A stretch of 64,000 nucleotides of DNA from Amoebophrya sp. A120 (GCA_905178155.1 CAJINV010000010.1:791188-855187), one strand, 5' to 3'; positions 1-12,866 are shown, numbered from the stretch's first letter. Program-made: numbers and translations. Notes: generated by a model not told the origin, from the letters alone.

Positions 1-3000
1 ACTCGAGAAAAAACGCCACAAAGTTCATCACGCGGGACTTGGTGTGGTAATTGAGAAACGGATTTTTTCCGGGCGTGTTGTCGTTCTCGTCCAGCCGTTC
101 CATTTCCGGATTGATTTTCATCATCTCCTGTATCTTCGCGTTCTCGGTCTGAATCTCCTGAATCATGAACTGCATCAGCTTCGACACCGGAAAGTGGTCC
201 TCTTCTTCCGCTTTCTGCCCTTGCTCGGTGAAGCTGTCGTGGCAATCCATGAGCTCATATGAACCGCAAATATCCCTGGATGTCTGGGAGATTGCGAGAT
301 TTGTCATGCTAGTCTGGCATGACTCTGAACTCTGTATTGCGTGCCCGCGAACAGTTCATCCTGTCTGTCATGCAAAAAGGCGGCTTCTCATGCGGAGTAC
401 GCAACTCTGAGCCACGGAAAAACTTGTCATGCTGGGGAGCGCATTACACTGTGCTCCCTATTCTCTCCCTTGCATCAGAAGTTTCCAGATCCAGACATAT
501 TTGCGATGCATAGCTCATTCAGCCACTCGCGCGTCGTCGCCAGCGTCGTTGGGTTATGCGTTGCAAACATGTCTGGATCTGGAAGAATGAGAGTTTGTCA
601 TGCTTGTCTCTCATGACTCCTAAGTCTGTGATGCATGAGCAGGATGAGAGTCCCTTGCCTGTCATGCAAGAGCACAGTTTGCCATGCAGAACTCGCAACA
701 CGCAGCAGCTGAAGAACTTGTCATGCTTGGCTGCGTATTGCAGTGTGTCCACTATTCCCAAGCCAGCATCACAAGTTTCCAGACATCCAGACATATTTGA
801 ATTTGATAGGGGTCGAGGGACTCGGCGAGCGTGTTCCCAGAAAACTTCAGCGCCGACCTATCAAAAGGAAAAGTCCCCCTCCACATATCAAACAGAAGTC
901 TCTGCTGCTGGATCTCCGTACACGCATCAGATTTGTCTTGCAGTAGAGGACTGCAGGCATGCGCCAAGCCTGAGCCGAGAGGCTTTGGCGTAGCCTCCTA
1001 GCATGAACAACGTCGATGGTGTAGGCCCAATAGCATCACAAACCGCCCTCATAATGCGGCAGATTCTCTGGGTTTGCCTGCATGCAAGACAGCCAGGATT
1101 TGTGGCCACAAATCTGCATCACAGATTTTCAGAAAAAGGCGCTTTCAATATGGGGAGAGGGGATCTTTCCTCACAATACGACCGGTTGTGCTCTGCGAGC
1201 TCGCCGACCGCGGGCGCGATATCAAATGCAAATATGTCTGGGTCTGGAAGCCTGTGATGCTGGGTGGCGTCTCATGATGAGGCTACAAATGCTGGCTCAG
1301 CATGACAAGTTTCTGAGCTCCTAGGTGTTGCCTATTCTGCATGACAAACTGCGCTTCTGCATCACAGAAAAGCGGAGCTCTTGGGTAACGTGCATGACAG
1401 ATTTAAGAATCATGCCGGACAAGCATGACAAACATGAATTCTTCCAGACCCAGACATTTTTACATTTGATACGCGAGGTCCTGGAACAACACGTCCGTCG
1501 TGACAATGTCCTTCTTCTATCACAATGAAAAACGCCGTCACCCCCGAACTTGGGAGCATTCGTATTGCAAACCTTTCCAACAGAAACACGCGCCCGCTTG
1601 CATCTAGCAGCATCACAGATTTCCAATCGTGAATAGCGAAGATTTGTATTGCAACAGATCCCAGCAAGGGCGGCGCTTGCCATGCAAGCAATGCTATATA
1701 CGCCTAGACTCTGCATCACAAAGATAGATTCATATTCCTTTGATGCATGACAAAAAGTTTTCATTGGGAAACTTCGCATCACAAATTATTGCAACTTTTG
1801 GGGGTGGGGGCATTTTTCATGTTGATATCTTCGTGTTTTGCTTCATACCGCCAAACTGCTTTTTCAGTGGGACCCGCGCCTTGGTCGAAGCTTCCTTTTC
1901 CAGCTGCAGGGTGCGATCCTTGAGGTGCTCACGCATGGAGGTGGACACGCCAAACCCGCCGTGTCTTGGCTTGATAGAACCTGTCGTACATCATCGTGGT
2001 GTATTCTCCGTAACGGCGAGTTGCCTACTGCAGATGGCCCTCCATAATTCATAGTACTATACGACAAGAGGCCTGGTACTAAGTTCTTGCACATAGAAGT
2101 AGTTGTACACAAGTGTAGAAGTGATACGGCCCGTCGATTATCTTGGTGCGCATTAGAAACATGAAAAATTTGGGTACTTTTTTTGTGCTGTGCGCGCATG
2201 GCTTTGTCCTTTTTCAGGTAGTCCGCAAGCAAATCTCGCTTCGTCCCCCCCTCGACTTCGATGATCTCCGCCGGGGAGAGTTTTGTGATCATGTAGTAAA
2301 TCAGGTCGAAGATGACCCAGCGCGCAAACCTATCGCGAAACGTCAAGTCGCTGTGCTTCCGCGTGTTGTTTTCCATCGGAAACTCCTCCCCGGCCCACGT
2401 GTTCAGTAGGGGCATCAACTCCAGTTTCGCGTACATCTTCACGAATTTCAGCTGCAAATACCGCCGGTTGTCCGTGTAGCCGGGATCCCCGGGCTTCGGA
2501 TCGGGGATGGCCACCAAGTTATGCAATGCAAAAGCATCGCACTCGTATGAATTATGCACTACAAATTTCCTCAGCATGAGAAATGAAACCAGCCACCCCC
2601 CGGCGAAGGCCGCCGGGGAGGGGGCTGTTCGGTGGAGGTGTTCCGGTGGGGAAGGTGGCGCCAACATCGAATCGCTGCGCGCCGCTACACAGCCAAAAAA
2701 AAAGAGCCCGGCCCATGTTTCGGCATGGGCGGGCACCATGCCCGGCCTTAGTAGCTGCGCGCCATGGGAAAATGCGCGCAGGAAACTATTTCCGGGCGCC
2801 AACGTTCAAGACGCCACAAGGGTGACGAACCTGCTGCCAGCGTGCGCGGGCGTTGTGGGAAAGAAGTTGCGGCCACCCTAGGTGGCCGACCAGGTTAAGG
2901 CGGGGCGCCGCGCCCCCTCCGGGGGACGCAGAGCGGCGCACGCACTTTGAACGGCCGCTCTGATCCGAAAACGAAAACAGTGCCAGCCGGTCGCTGCGCC

Positions 3001-6000
3001 CTAGCGAGCTTCTTTAGGGGGCGCCACGCGCAGACAAGTGGGCAGGCTGTGCTCCTGGAGGTGGTCTGCGAGAGGGTCCGGGAGAGGGTCCCGGAGAGGG
3101 TCCGGGAGAGGTTCAGAGAGGGTCCAGGAGAGGGTCGGAGAGGGTCCCGGAGAGGGTCCGGGAGAGGGTCGGAGACGTCCCGAGAGGGTCCGCCGAGAGG
3201 TAAAATAGAGGTTCCCGGAGAGGGTCGCGGTAGAGGGTCGCCTAGAGGGTCGCCCTATACTACGCACCCTCTCCGACCCTCTACGCCCTCTTCTCCTACC
3301 CTCTACCTGACCTCTCCCCAACCTCTACCCTACCTCTGCGCGCGTATAGCCGCGCTTTAAGGGGCTCTATACGGCTCACCCTCTCCCGGCCCTCTCCGTT
3401 ACCTCTCGTTTTACCTCTCCCCGACCCTCTCATTTTGGCCGACCCTCTATTCTACCTCTCCGACCGTCTATTTTACCTCTATACAACCTCTACCAAACCT
3501 CTACCGTACCCTCTCCAGCCCCGTTTTCTTCCATATATAAATATAGTAATTTGTACTGCAGATTTACCTTCATAATGCATGCATGACTGCAATCAATACG
3601 AGCACGATTATAGTTTTGCACTTCATACAAGTTGCGGAACAGCAACAAACAGTCCGTGACGATGGGGAAGTCGCGGTTTTTTCCCTCAAGTTGCATGTAG
3701 TGCAGCTTCTTCTTCTTGTCGTTTTCGTTTTCCGCCGTCTGCTCGATTTCGTCCCGCATTTCCTGCTCCTCCGCATCGAAATCCCGCAGCAGGTCTATTG
3801 CAAGGAAAAGTCTCCCCCTGCTCCTCCTATCGCGAAGGGATCCGAAGATTGAAAATTTGCGATACTGACCTGTGGCCACCACACATCGCGTCTGTCTTGC
3901 AAGAGAGCAATGCCACAGCTCCCGCCGCATGATTACGCAGGCAATTTGTGATGCTGCTGCCCCGCCAACAGGGCGCAGACGTCTGTCATGCTCAGCGTCT
4001 ACTACCATCGAACGTCCTCCGCGACCAGGCTTTTCCTCTGCCTGCAGTCCTGTACCGCAAGACACAGCTGCTTGGTGTAAGTACACAAGTCCCGCATCAC
4101 AGATTTCCACTTTGATATGGGGACGAGGGGAGATTTTTCCTAACAATAGGGTCGTGCCCGAACTCCACCCCGTCGCCCACGTTATGAACTGCAAAAGTAT
4201 CGTACTAGTAGTAATTGCAATACAAATTAGCTCAGCATGACAAATGGAATTTGTCATGCTGTTTTACCTTGAGAACGAGATTTGTAATGCATAAATCCAA
4301 TTACTACGAGTACGATACTTTTGCACAGGATACACGTGATTGATCAGCATGTCGCACACCGCGCTCATCCGTTCGGTTTTGCAGAGGTCTTCCTTGATGG
4401 ACTGCAAATTTGCGAGGTGATTCCGCACGTACTCGTCGCCGGTGTTCCACTCGTGTTGGTACTCGAGGGTCCGCGCCACATTTTCGAATCCGCGCTTCAC
4501 AATCGGGTCGGTCAACAGCACCATGATGCGCAGAATCCTCTTGGCAATGTATTGTGAAGAAAAATCCCCCCTCCCCATACCAAAGCGAGTACTTCAGAAA
4601 ATTTGTGATGCTGATTTGAGGCCACCAATCGTCTCTGTATTGCCAGAAGGCAAGTCCAAATGCCTGGCCGCGTTCTGCCGGCAATTTGTAATGCTGTATG
4701 GCCTACGGAGGATCTCCTGCCTTGCTAAGTGCCTCCGCAAAAACGCCCCTACTCCGGCCTTGTATCTGTTTGCAGTCCTCTACTGCAAGACAAATCCGAT
4801 TTGTGTACACAAATCCCGCATCACAGATTTCCATCTCGATATGGGGAGGGGGGATTTTTCCTTTTGATACAATGGCCACGTCGTGGTTGTATTTGGTTTC
4901 CAAAATCGGCGCCAGGTTATCAAATGCAAAAATGTCTGGGTCTGGAAGATTGCGAGATTTGTCATGCTTGTCTGACATGACCAAAAAGTTTGTGACGCGT
5001 GTCCAAGAAGAGACCCTTTTGCCTGTCATGCAAAAGCGCAGTTTGTCATGCGAAACACGCAACACAAAGAAGCGCAGATATTTCTCATGCTTGGCTGTGC
5101 ATTACAGACCATTCACTATTCCCAACGCAGCATTACAAACTTCCAGACCCAGACATATTTGCAGTTGATACAGGTGGTCCGGAACCAATTTTAGGTCGCC
5201 TTTAGAATTTATTTTTCAGGATGTTATTCCATTTCGTATAAGTAACCCTAGTAGATATGGTTTCATGGAAATAAGGAAAGAGGTGCAAGGACGCCGGCGC
5301 AACAAGAGATTAAGTACATCCATTTTAATATTGTAGTGCACCTCCATGATCATGATAAAGATACTTGTTGTAGTGAAGAAATTTCAGGATCATGATGCGG
5401 AAAACCAAAAAGGAATCATGAGTCTATCGCAATAAAGCTACATATCAATCCCATGATCTGCCTTCGCTTCTGCAGCGGGTAGCGCAGGATAATGTCGCGC
5501 AGCTTGTTGTCCTAAGTAAAAACGCTCCCATAGTCAAGATGTTGGGGAATGTAGTGCTACACAAATCCACAAGTTCTGGCTGTCGAGCATGACAGGTTCT
5601 GTGGGCTCGTAATGTAGTGGTCCTGTTAGTTTAGCTAGTGCAACTGCATGACAACTCGACTACTGTATCCTGATTCTAGCGCGACATACTCCCAGATAGC
5701 AATAGAAAATGGCTCTCAGGGGGCTGCGCATGACAAAACATTTTACACTTGCGGGATTTGCATGACAACTATGACAACTCTGGGGCGGGGACGTTTTTGC
5801 TTAGGGTATTTGTCCAGCGCCTTCGCGCAGGGTTCGAAGGTGTAGATGTACTGCTATCGAGTGCCAATATCGATCTGGGTCTGGGAAGTTGGAACTCGTA
5901 ATGCTGGTCTTCCTTGCACTCCGGTGAAATCAGTACTTATTGCATGACCGACAAGTCACGCCACATCATGCCATACAAAAATGCAGTTTCTCATGCGCAA

Positions 6001-7313
6001 TGCGTATGGAAATAAGTATTGAAGTGCTCTGCAAAGAACTTGTCGTGCTTCACTGCCTTCGAAAGATGTCGTTGTGTTCTCCTCAACATGAACATCCACC
6101 GACGTTCAACTACAATTATAAACTTGTGATGCTGTTACAGCATCACAACTTCATAATTCCAGACGCAGATCGATATTTGCATTGAATAAGTGCGAGCTGC
6201 CGTCGATTTCGTGCCACCCGCCGAGCTATGCACTGCAAAAGTATCGCACTCGTAGTGATCGCAGTCATGCATTACAAATCTAGTAATCAAGGTAAATCCG
6301 CATTACAAATTACATTTGTAATGCTGAGCCAATTTGTAATGCAGTTTATACTAGTACGATACTTTTGCAGTTCATACGAGCGCCTGCATAATCTCGGAAA
6401 GTTCCTTTTCCAGCTTATCCTGAGGAAAAACGTCCCCACCCAATAGCCAAGTTGGTAAGTCTGCAACACAAATCCCTTCGCTTTGGGAGTTATGCATGAC
6501 AAGCTTGCTCCGTCTGTAGTGTATTGCTGTTTAACAAGGACAGCCGCATCACAAAGACGCCTGCTCATCCTGTTTACAGCGTTACAAATTATGTCAGACA
6601 GAACAGGACTACAAATGCGATGCCTCTCGTAGAGATGTGCATTTCTGTGGCTGCGAATCTGCATGACAACTATGGGGTGGGGACGTTTTCACATAGGATA
6701 CAGCTGGCGCAGCATGTCCGGGCCGGGGTTGGGTGGCACATACCGGTATCAATGCAAAAGTGTCTGGGTCTGGAAACTTGTGACGCTGGGTAGCGTATCG
6801 TGAGGAGGCCACAAGTGCTGGCGCAGCATGACAAGTTTCTGAGCTTCTAGGTGTTGCCTATTCTGCATGACAAACTGCGTTTCTGCATGACAGAAAAATG
6901 GCGCTCTTGGGTAACGTGCATGACAGATTTGAGAGTCATGCCAGACAAGGATGACAAACATGCACTCTTCCAGACCCTGACATTTTTACATTTGATAACC
7001 GCAGCCCGGTGTCCGGGTTGGTGACCTCATCCAGAGCGTCGGTGAACGATTTCGTGTCAAACTCCTTCTATCCTGTGCAAAAGTGCCGCGCTAGTAGTAA
7101 AAATCGCATGACATCAAATTTTCTCAAAACAAGATGATGAAATGGAATTTGTAATGCGGATTTGTCTACTTCAGGGGAGTAGAGATTTGTAATGCATGAC
7201 TGGCACAGGTTTGTACGTAGTACGAATGCTTTTGCACAGCATACATTCAGCGTCGCCCACGGGTTCTGCCACGTCTCCAGCCGTAGCGTCGACTGCACGG
7301 CGGCGGCCGACAT
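1..7313 (-). CDS. TIMELESS: Timeless/Tof1/Swi1 family fork-protection protein; multi-exon, runs off the window start
   Basis: Removing 16 introners (+1 TSD copy each) and 2 inferred GT-AG introns gives one frame from ATG 7313: MSAAAVQ...EIMQALGGW...EPCAKALDKLRDII...HLAPIL...LRIMVLLTDP...NLQSIKEDL...CLLLFRNLVAIPDP...RHGGFG. These match Timeless N-terminal motifs (ALG, DLLPIL, IRLMVNLTQP, LQAYKEAF, LLLVRNIL, RHSRFG). Confidence 0.85.
258..512. mobile_element. Introner family A
   Basis: TIRs; TSD GCTCA. Confidence 0.85.
555..808. mobile_element. Introner family A
   Basis: TSD TGGGT/GGGGT. Confidence 0.85.
859..1178. mobile_element. Introner family B (GGAAAAATCCCCCTCCCCATA TIR)
   Basis: TSD CGACC. 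Confidence 0.9.
1220..1471. mobile_element. Introner family A (TATCAAATGCAAAAATGTCTGGGTCTGGAA TIR)
   Basis: TSD CGCGA. Confidence 0.9.
1518..1827. mobile_element. Introner family E (TATCACAATGAAAAA TIR)
   Basis: TSD TCTTC. Confidence 0.9.
2589..3549 (-). mobile_element. Non-autonomous Helitron nested in an introner
   Basis: Minus strand starts TTACTATATTTATATA and ends in a GC hairpin + CTGG (CTRR). Inserted between A and T with no TSD. Removal restores the family-D consensus GAGAAATGAAA|TTTGTA. Confidence 0.8.
3071..3515. repeat. 12-bp tandem repeat (CCGGAGAGGGTC) followed by inverted degenerate copies, inside the Helitron
   Basis: GAGAGGGTC units at 3071-3250; ACCCTCTC units at 3265-3515. 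Confidence 0.8.
3796..4148. mobile_element. Introner family B
   Basis: TSD AGGTC/GGGTC. Confidence 0.85.
4183..4332. mobile_element. Introner family D (TGCAAAAGTATCGTACTCGTA TIR)
   Basis: TSD CACGT. Confidence 0.9.
4550..4869. mobile_element. Introner family B
   Basis: TSD CAATG. Confidence 0.9.
4918..5170. mobile_element. Introner family A
   Basis: TSD CAGGT. Confidence 0.9.
5508..5808. mobile_element. Introner family C (aged)
   Basis: TSD CTTGT/TTTGT. Confidence 0.8.
5855..6188. mobile_element. Introner family A (aged)
   Basis: TSD ACTGC/AGTGC. Confidence 0.8.
6227..6376. mobile_element. Introner family D
   Basis: TSD CGAGC. Confidence 0.9.
6416..6700. mobile_element. Introner family C (TATCCTGAGTAAAAACGTCCCCACCCC TIR)
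   Basis: TSD CAGCT. Confidence 0.9.
6747..6997. mobile_element. Introner family A
   Basis: TSD ACCGG/ACCGC. Confidence 0.88.
7069..7243. mobile_element. Introner family D
   Basis: TSD CCTTC/CATTC. Confidence 0.82.
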
Positions 7314-7957
7314 TTGCCCCGGCTGTGTGCGTCCTGCCCAGAGGACGACGCCCGGCTGTGTGTGAAACCGCCGGGGCACGCAAAGCTACATGTTTTGAAC
7401 TGTATCAAAAAATCCAAAAAGGTTCAATAAAGCAGGTTAGAATTATTAGGTCGGTTCAAATAATGATTGCGGTTTTTAAAAAAATCCCTATGAGCTGTAA
7501 AAAGTCCTGAGTCGTCGCTCCGCGTCGTCCCAAGCAGACTGACTTAAACCCGCTGCGCCAGCTAAACTCACAACTATACCTGAACTGAAGGTGAATCTGC
7601 TAAAATGTGCTCGTAGCTTCTACTTATTTCCCTCGGTCGCGATGAAAAAGTTGCAAATTGCGCGACGAGTAGGAACTACTAGTACCCTTTGCGACCACGT
7701 AGCAGCGAGGTTGATGCACCTCCGCAGGCTTTGGTTCTACTTGTCCGAAAGTGGACGAGGAAACCTAATAAATTAATACTGCTTATCCAGCACCGCAAAT
7801 TGATATGCGGATGCACAGCAAGCTTATTTCAACATTTGCACGACAGCCGACGACGACAAGTTGTCTACTTCATCATCCTTTTTATGCTATCCGCGCAGCA
7901 TTTTTTGCTTAGTTACAATCTTGTTCCGCACGACAGGTTGATTTCAAGCAGCACAGT

Positions 7958-10900
7958 TTATATTTTTTCTACGTCTCCAGCAACATTTTTCCGCAACAAA
8001 ACAACGCCACCTGAGGAGGACGAAGTAGAAGTACTTTCATTTGTACAGCATAAGTAATCACTTTTATATACACCGCAAGCGCTGCATTTTTGCATATCCA
8101 GAATAAGGAACATCAGAACCGCGCGAGTCACCGCCAAAAACACCAGATCGGTGTTGGATTTTTTGAAGTTTTATTGTTTCTCCATCTTGACACAAGCTGC
8201 ACTGAACGTTGGGCAATTATAGATGTTGTGCTGTCAATGAAGACAAGAATTTTTTTACTTCACCTCTTTTCCAGGGGTGCATGTCGAAACGATAGGGACA
8301 GAGACATAAACGCGTCTCCTTCACTTGATGAATTGCACATACTGGGTGGGGACAGAGAAATGTCCAAGAAATCTTCCGCATGTTCCGTGAGTGGTTAATA
8401 TTTTGTTGAAAAATATACTGCGAACTTGGGATACAAGTTTCTTGTGCGTGTTTTGTCACCGGGCGCAAAAAGAAATCTGTAATGGCATTGCATCACATGC
8501 AACATCGCGTATAACTGAGTGAATCTATTTCATCTCATATCACCGTGACCACGCTCTCCACTCGTCCGTCCGCGCTGCCGACCTTGACCAGCATAGTAGC
8601 CTTCTTTGCTTCGCGCTGGTATTTCAGGACCACCGCAGCCGTATGGAATGAGCAAAAGCATCGTAAGTACTCATGCAACTCATTGCATCAAAACCATTGC
8701 ATGACAACATCGGACCACACACGCTACGAACACGACGTCCGGGCGGCCGCGGCCTTCTATGAAGGTCGCGCCCGGAGGGCGATATTGGTAACCAAATGCG
8801 TGCGCGAAAATCTAACCAGCGCGAAAGCCTAACCAGCCGCGCGGCGAAAGCGCGGCCCTGCGGGCCGCGCTTTGGCGCTATTTATTTTTGATTACAGTCC
8901 CACTACTTCTTCTTCAAGCCCCCTGCAGGAGAAACTGGCCCCCTGGCCAGGAAGGTATCTGGGTCATCGGGGGCTTCCGGATTCGCATTCAAAGCTTATC
9001 GCAGGAGCCTGCGGGCCGCCGCGGGCGACAGTAGTTGTCCGCGGCCCTTTGCGATAAGCATTGCAGGCGAAATCCGGTCTGCTATTTCGCAGCGGGGCAT
9101 CCTTTCTAGCCCCCTGCATGACAAACTGGCCTCCTGGCCAAGAAGGTATGTGGCCATCCACCTTCGCAGCGGGGCATCCTTTCTAGCCCCCTGCATGACA
9201 AACTGGCCCCCTTGCCAGGAAGTTATGTGCGAAACCACAAACCCGCGGACCCTGCTGGGCCACCAAAATCGGCCATTTCAGACGCGGCGGAGGTCCCGAA
9301 TTGGTGCCCACAACCCAGAGCAAACGTGGATTTTGGGACATGCCTCTGCCCGCTTCTAATGCATTTTTTTTTCTCCAATCGCGATGGTATGGCGCAAGCG
9401 CGCGCCCGCCGGACCGCCTTTGGTGGCCAGTTTGTAAGCCTGCCGGGGGTTCTCAACTTTTGCCAATTTTTCCTTTTTTTCCAAGTTTCTATGTGGCCGA
9501 AGGGCTCCGGACATTTTCACCGACCGCAGCTGCCTCGCAGTTTTGAAGCCTGCGGAGGGATTGCGCTTTTGCGCATTTTTTTTTCTTTTTCTGGTTTTCA
9601 AGTGGCCCGGGCGACCTGGACATTTTCACCGACCGCAGCTGACTGGCAGTTTTGAAGCCTGCGGAGGGGTTGCGCTTTCGCGCAATTTTTCATCTTTTTC
9701 TGGTTTCCAAGTAGCCCGGGCGGCCTGGACATTTTCGCCGCCCGCACCTGGGTGGCAGTTTTGAAGCCTGCGAAGGGATTGCGCTTTTGCGCAATTTTTC
9801 ATCTTTTCCCATTTTCCAAGTGGCCCGGGTGATCTGCACAAAATCCGACGATTGCTTCCACCCACGTTATCTAGCAACTTTTTGCCATTTTTTTTCAACT
9901 TTTTCCAGTTACGAAGCGGCCCAAGGCTTCCGAACAGGTCGCGGGCCTGCTTCTCCAACGCAGCTGGCCAGCGGGCGGAGCAAAAAATAGTCCGTCTCTT
10001 TTTCAGATACGAAGTGGGCCAGACCGCAAAAATCCTCTTTTTTCACCTTCTCCCGCTTGGTTTCTGCCGTTTTTGCGACATTTTTGACCTCCTGGCCATT
10101 TTCCCATCTGGTCCGCTTTTTTTCCCTTCTCCCGCTTCATTTCTGGCCATTTCCCTGACCTTCACGCCTCCCGGCGGTTGCCCTATATGGTAACGGCAAC
10201 TGCCTTCGCGCTGCGTTTGCTAAAGCAATATCGCAGGCGCGCAGAGCGCGCCCGCCGGCTTCGTGGGCCGGCGCATTTGGTTACCAGACTAGTGCTTTTT
10301 AGCATATCATAGTGAAAAAAGCCCCCACCCCATATCGGAAACGGAAGACGCGCGAATTTGTGATGCTGTATCTCAGTACATCACAAATCGACTTGTATTG
10401 CTAGAAGGCCGAGAGACGAAGCTGCGGCATAAATTGCAGGCAATCTGTCATGCTGTTTCCCACTTGTCTAGTTGCCTCCTGTCATGCTGGAGACGCATAG
10501 GCTTACTCCCACGCTAGGCAGCACTACAGTCCGCATCTTTTGCCTTCTAGCATCACAAAGCTGATTTGTGACAACAAATCTGCATCACAGTTCCTTTTAT
10601 ACAAAAAATATTTGTAATGCAAAAATTCAAATTGTACGCTTACCACGACACTTTTGCGGCGCGTAAACCACCACGCAGCCTTATCAGAAGGAAAAGTGTC
10701 TGGGTCTGGAAGGTTGGAGCTTGTGATGCTAACTTTGGACTCTAAAAGAATCTGTCTTGCATGATTGACCATGATCAGCAAGAGGAGACTAGTTTGTGCT
10801 ACGCGGGGAGGGCGTTTGTCATGCGGAATAGGCATCAGGAACCTCTCTAAAAATCTGCGATGCTAGGGCATGCATTACTGACGTCCTGGGTCATGCAAAA

Positions 10901-12866
10901 TATGCATGACAAACGCCGCAACATTCCAGACCCAGACATTTTTGCATTTGATAAGCCTCGCACGGTGTCGATCTCCAAAATTTGGCTCACCTGCAGGTTT
11001 ACCATCGGCTCCTGTAGTTGCTCGGGTACCACTTTTATCAACTGCAAAAATGTCTGGGTCTGGAAACCTGTGATGCTGAATTGAGCATGATTGAAGCGCT
11101 TGCAATGGCAGCCAAGCATGACAAGTTTTTCAGACAGTTCTGCTGATGCCTAGCACGCATCACAAATTGCGTTTTTGCATGACAAAGAGCCCATCTCTTT
11201 TGCTGCTCAGGCAACACAGATTTTCCAGGAATGCAAGACACGCATCACAAGTTCCACTTTTCCAGACCCAGACATCTTTGCACTTGATAACTTTCTCCGG
11301 GGGGGTTTTCAGCTGAAACCTCCACTCCTCCATCACCGCTTCCCTCCCCTCGAGCCGGTTACTGGCGCCGTCGGGGGATGCACTTTCTTGCTCTATGAAG
11401 GACACGGTCTCGCGCAGGCAGCCTTCCAGCTTTTCGAAGTCGGCGTAGGTGAACGCGTGGAGGAAGAGCAAAGTTCGGGCCAGAAGTTGGTGCGACTTGG
11501 AGGATCTCCGTGTGATGTAGCTGCCGAGACTGTCGCTGTTCGTGTCCGCGCGCATCACTATCATATGTGAGAACGTCCCCACACCAGAGCCAAGTTGGGA
11601 ACTTAGCAACACAAATCCAGAAGCTTTGGACGCCACGCATGACAAGTTGCAGTCCGTAGTGTAGTGCATGTTAGCACGGACAACCGCATCGCAAATCCAT
11701 CTGCTCATCCTGTTTACAGCATTACAGATTCCAAAACACGATTGGATTTGGAAATGCCTCTCGTAGAGCTGCGCATTACAAATGTTCCTGCAATCGCAAA
11801 TCTGCATGACAACTCTGGGGTGGGGACGTTTTTACACAGGATAATCACCTTATCCTTGTTATCGGAGTGCACCGTGATGAGCTGGGCCGATTATTTATCA
11901 AATGCAAAAATGTCTGGGTCTGGAAGAGTGCTAGGTTTGTCATGCAGGTTTTCCATGACCCACGCGGTCTGGCATGCACGGCCTAGCATGACAGGTTCTA
12001 TGAGATGATCTCTATCATGCCTTTCCTGCATCAGAAACTGCCTCTAAACTTGTTCAAAAGTCGTGGACCTCCTTTGGTAATCATGCAACACAAATTCTTC
12101 CACGATCCAGCTGTAGCATGACAAGTTACAATCTTCCAGACATCCAGGGATATTTGCATTTCATATTTTTGCTGCAGTAGAAGCACCGTGATCTCCGAGG
12201 TCGGAAAGAGACCGAAAACCTGGTGGTGTTGAGTTGCAAATATGGTTCGAATCTTCATTTCTTAAATAGCGCACGCACATCAGAAGTCGTTTCTTTTGTT
12301 TCCTCCTGCTTGTTGCTCGAACATATGCTATACACCGGTGTTGACACCTCATCGCAAAGCATGGCAAACTGAGTGAACTGAAAAACAATCAGATTATCAA
12401 CCGCCTTACCGCCTCTCCGTCCTCCTGGTCTTCGACTCTGTGCGCGCACACGTGCAGAAACAAATCGATCTCGCCGACTATCATATGTAAAAACATCGTA
12501 ACCCCATAGTTATCAAGTTTGCTGGAAATCTGCAAGACAAAGCGCCAAGTTTTGGGAGTTATGCATGACATGTTCTTCATTGGCCTTGTAGTGTATTGAT
12601 CCTCTGTTTAGCTAGCTCAGCAGCATCACAGATGGAGCGCAGCGTGCTGATTGTAGCATGACAAACTGCGAAACACGACTAGAAATAAATGATTCTCATG
12701 GGCGGGCTCCGCATGAGAAACATGTTTACCATGCAGATTTGCATGACAACTTTGGGGTGGGGAGGTTTCTACCTAGGATACCGACGACTTCCCGCCCGTA
12801 CGTCGTTACCTCAGCGGTCTTTGTGACTTCCGGCGAGACCTCCAGCAGGGTCGCGGTTTCGGACAT
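7958..12866 (-). CDS. Hypothetical multi-exon protein; 3' half may be disrupted
   Basis: Open frame from ATG 12866 (MSETATLLEVSPEV...) across 5 introners and 2 tiny GT-AG introns to ...LEIDTVRG (10954). Later protein-like pieces (AKKHFIEGRGRPDVVF, AAVVLKYQREAKKATMLV) are interrupted by degenerate introners and a Helentron-like insertion. 3' end uncertain. Confidence 0.55.
8763..10290 (-). mobile_element. Helentron/Helitron2-like non-autonomous element, copy 1
   Basis: Asymmetric 15-bp subterminal IR TGGTAACCAAATGCG (8786-8800 / 10272-10286), hairpin CGCCC-GGA-GGGCG, insertion at CACT^T with no TSD. Confidence 0.8.
10306..10666. mobile_element. Degenerate chimeric introner (B-like left end, D-like right end)
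   Basis: Ends do not match and there is no TSD pair. Confidence 0.5.
10682..10953. mobile_element. Introner family A
   Basis: TSD AGCCT. Confidence 0.9.
11036..11289. mobile_element. Introner family A
   Basis: TSD ACTTT. Confidence 0.9.
11559..11843. mobile_element. Introner family C
   Basis: TSD ATCAC. Confidence 0.9.
11896..12165. mobile_element. Introner family A
   Basis: TSD TTATT/TTTTT. Confidence 0.88.
12479..12780. mobile_element. Introner family C
   Basis: TSD CCGAC. Confidence 0.88.

Larger units (their letters stand above)
2520..3627. mobile_element. Introner family D with nested Helitron
   Basis: TSD CAAGT. Confidence 0.9.

Noticed and set aside
258-7243. CRISPR-like repeat/spacer appearance
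   Set aside because: The repeats are inverted pairs with TSDs, the 'spacers' are exons of a eukaryotic gene, and there are no cas genes.
8545-8832. Plus-strand gene using the Helentron-like element as a GT-AG intron
   Set aside because: Surrounding exons read as protein on the minus strand, in line with the gene starting at 12866. No convincing plus-strand gene was found.
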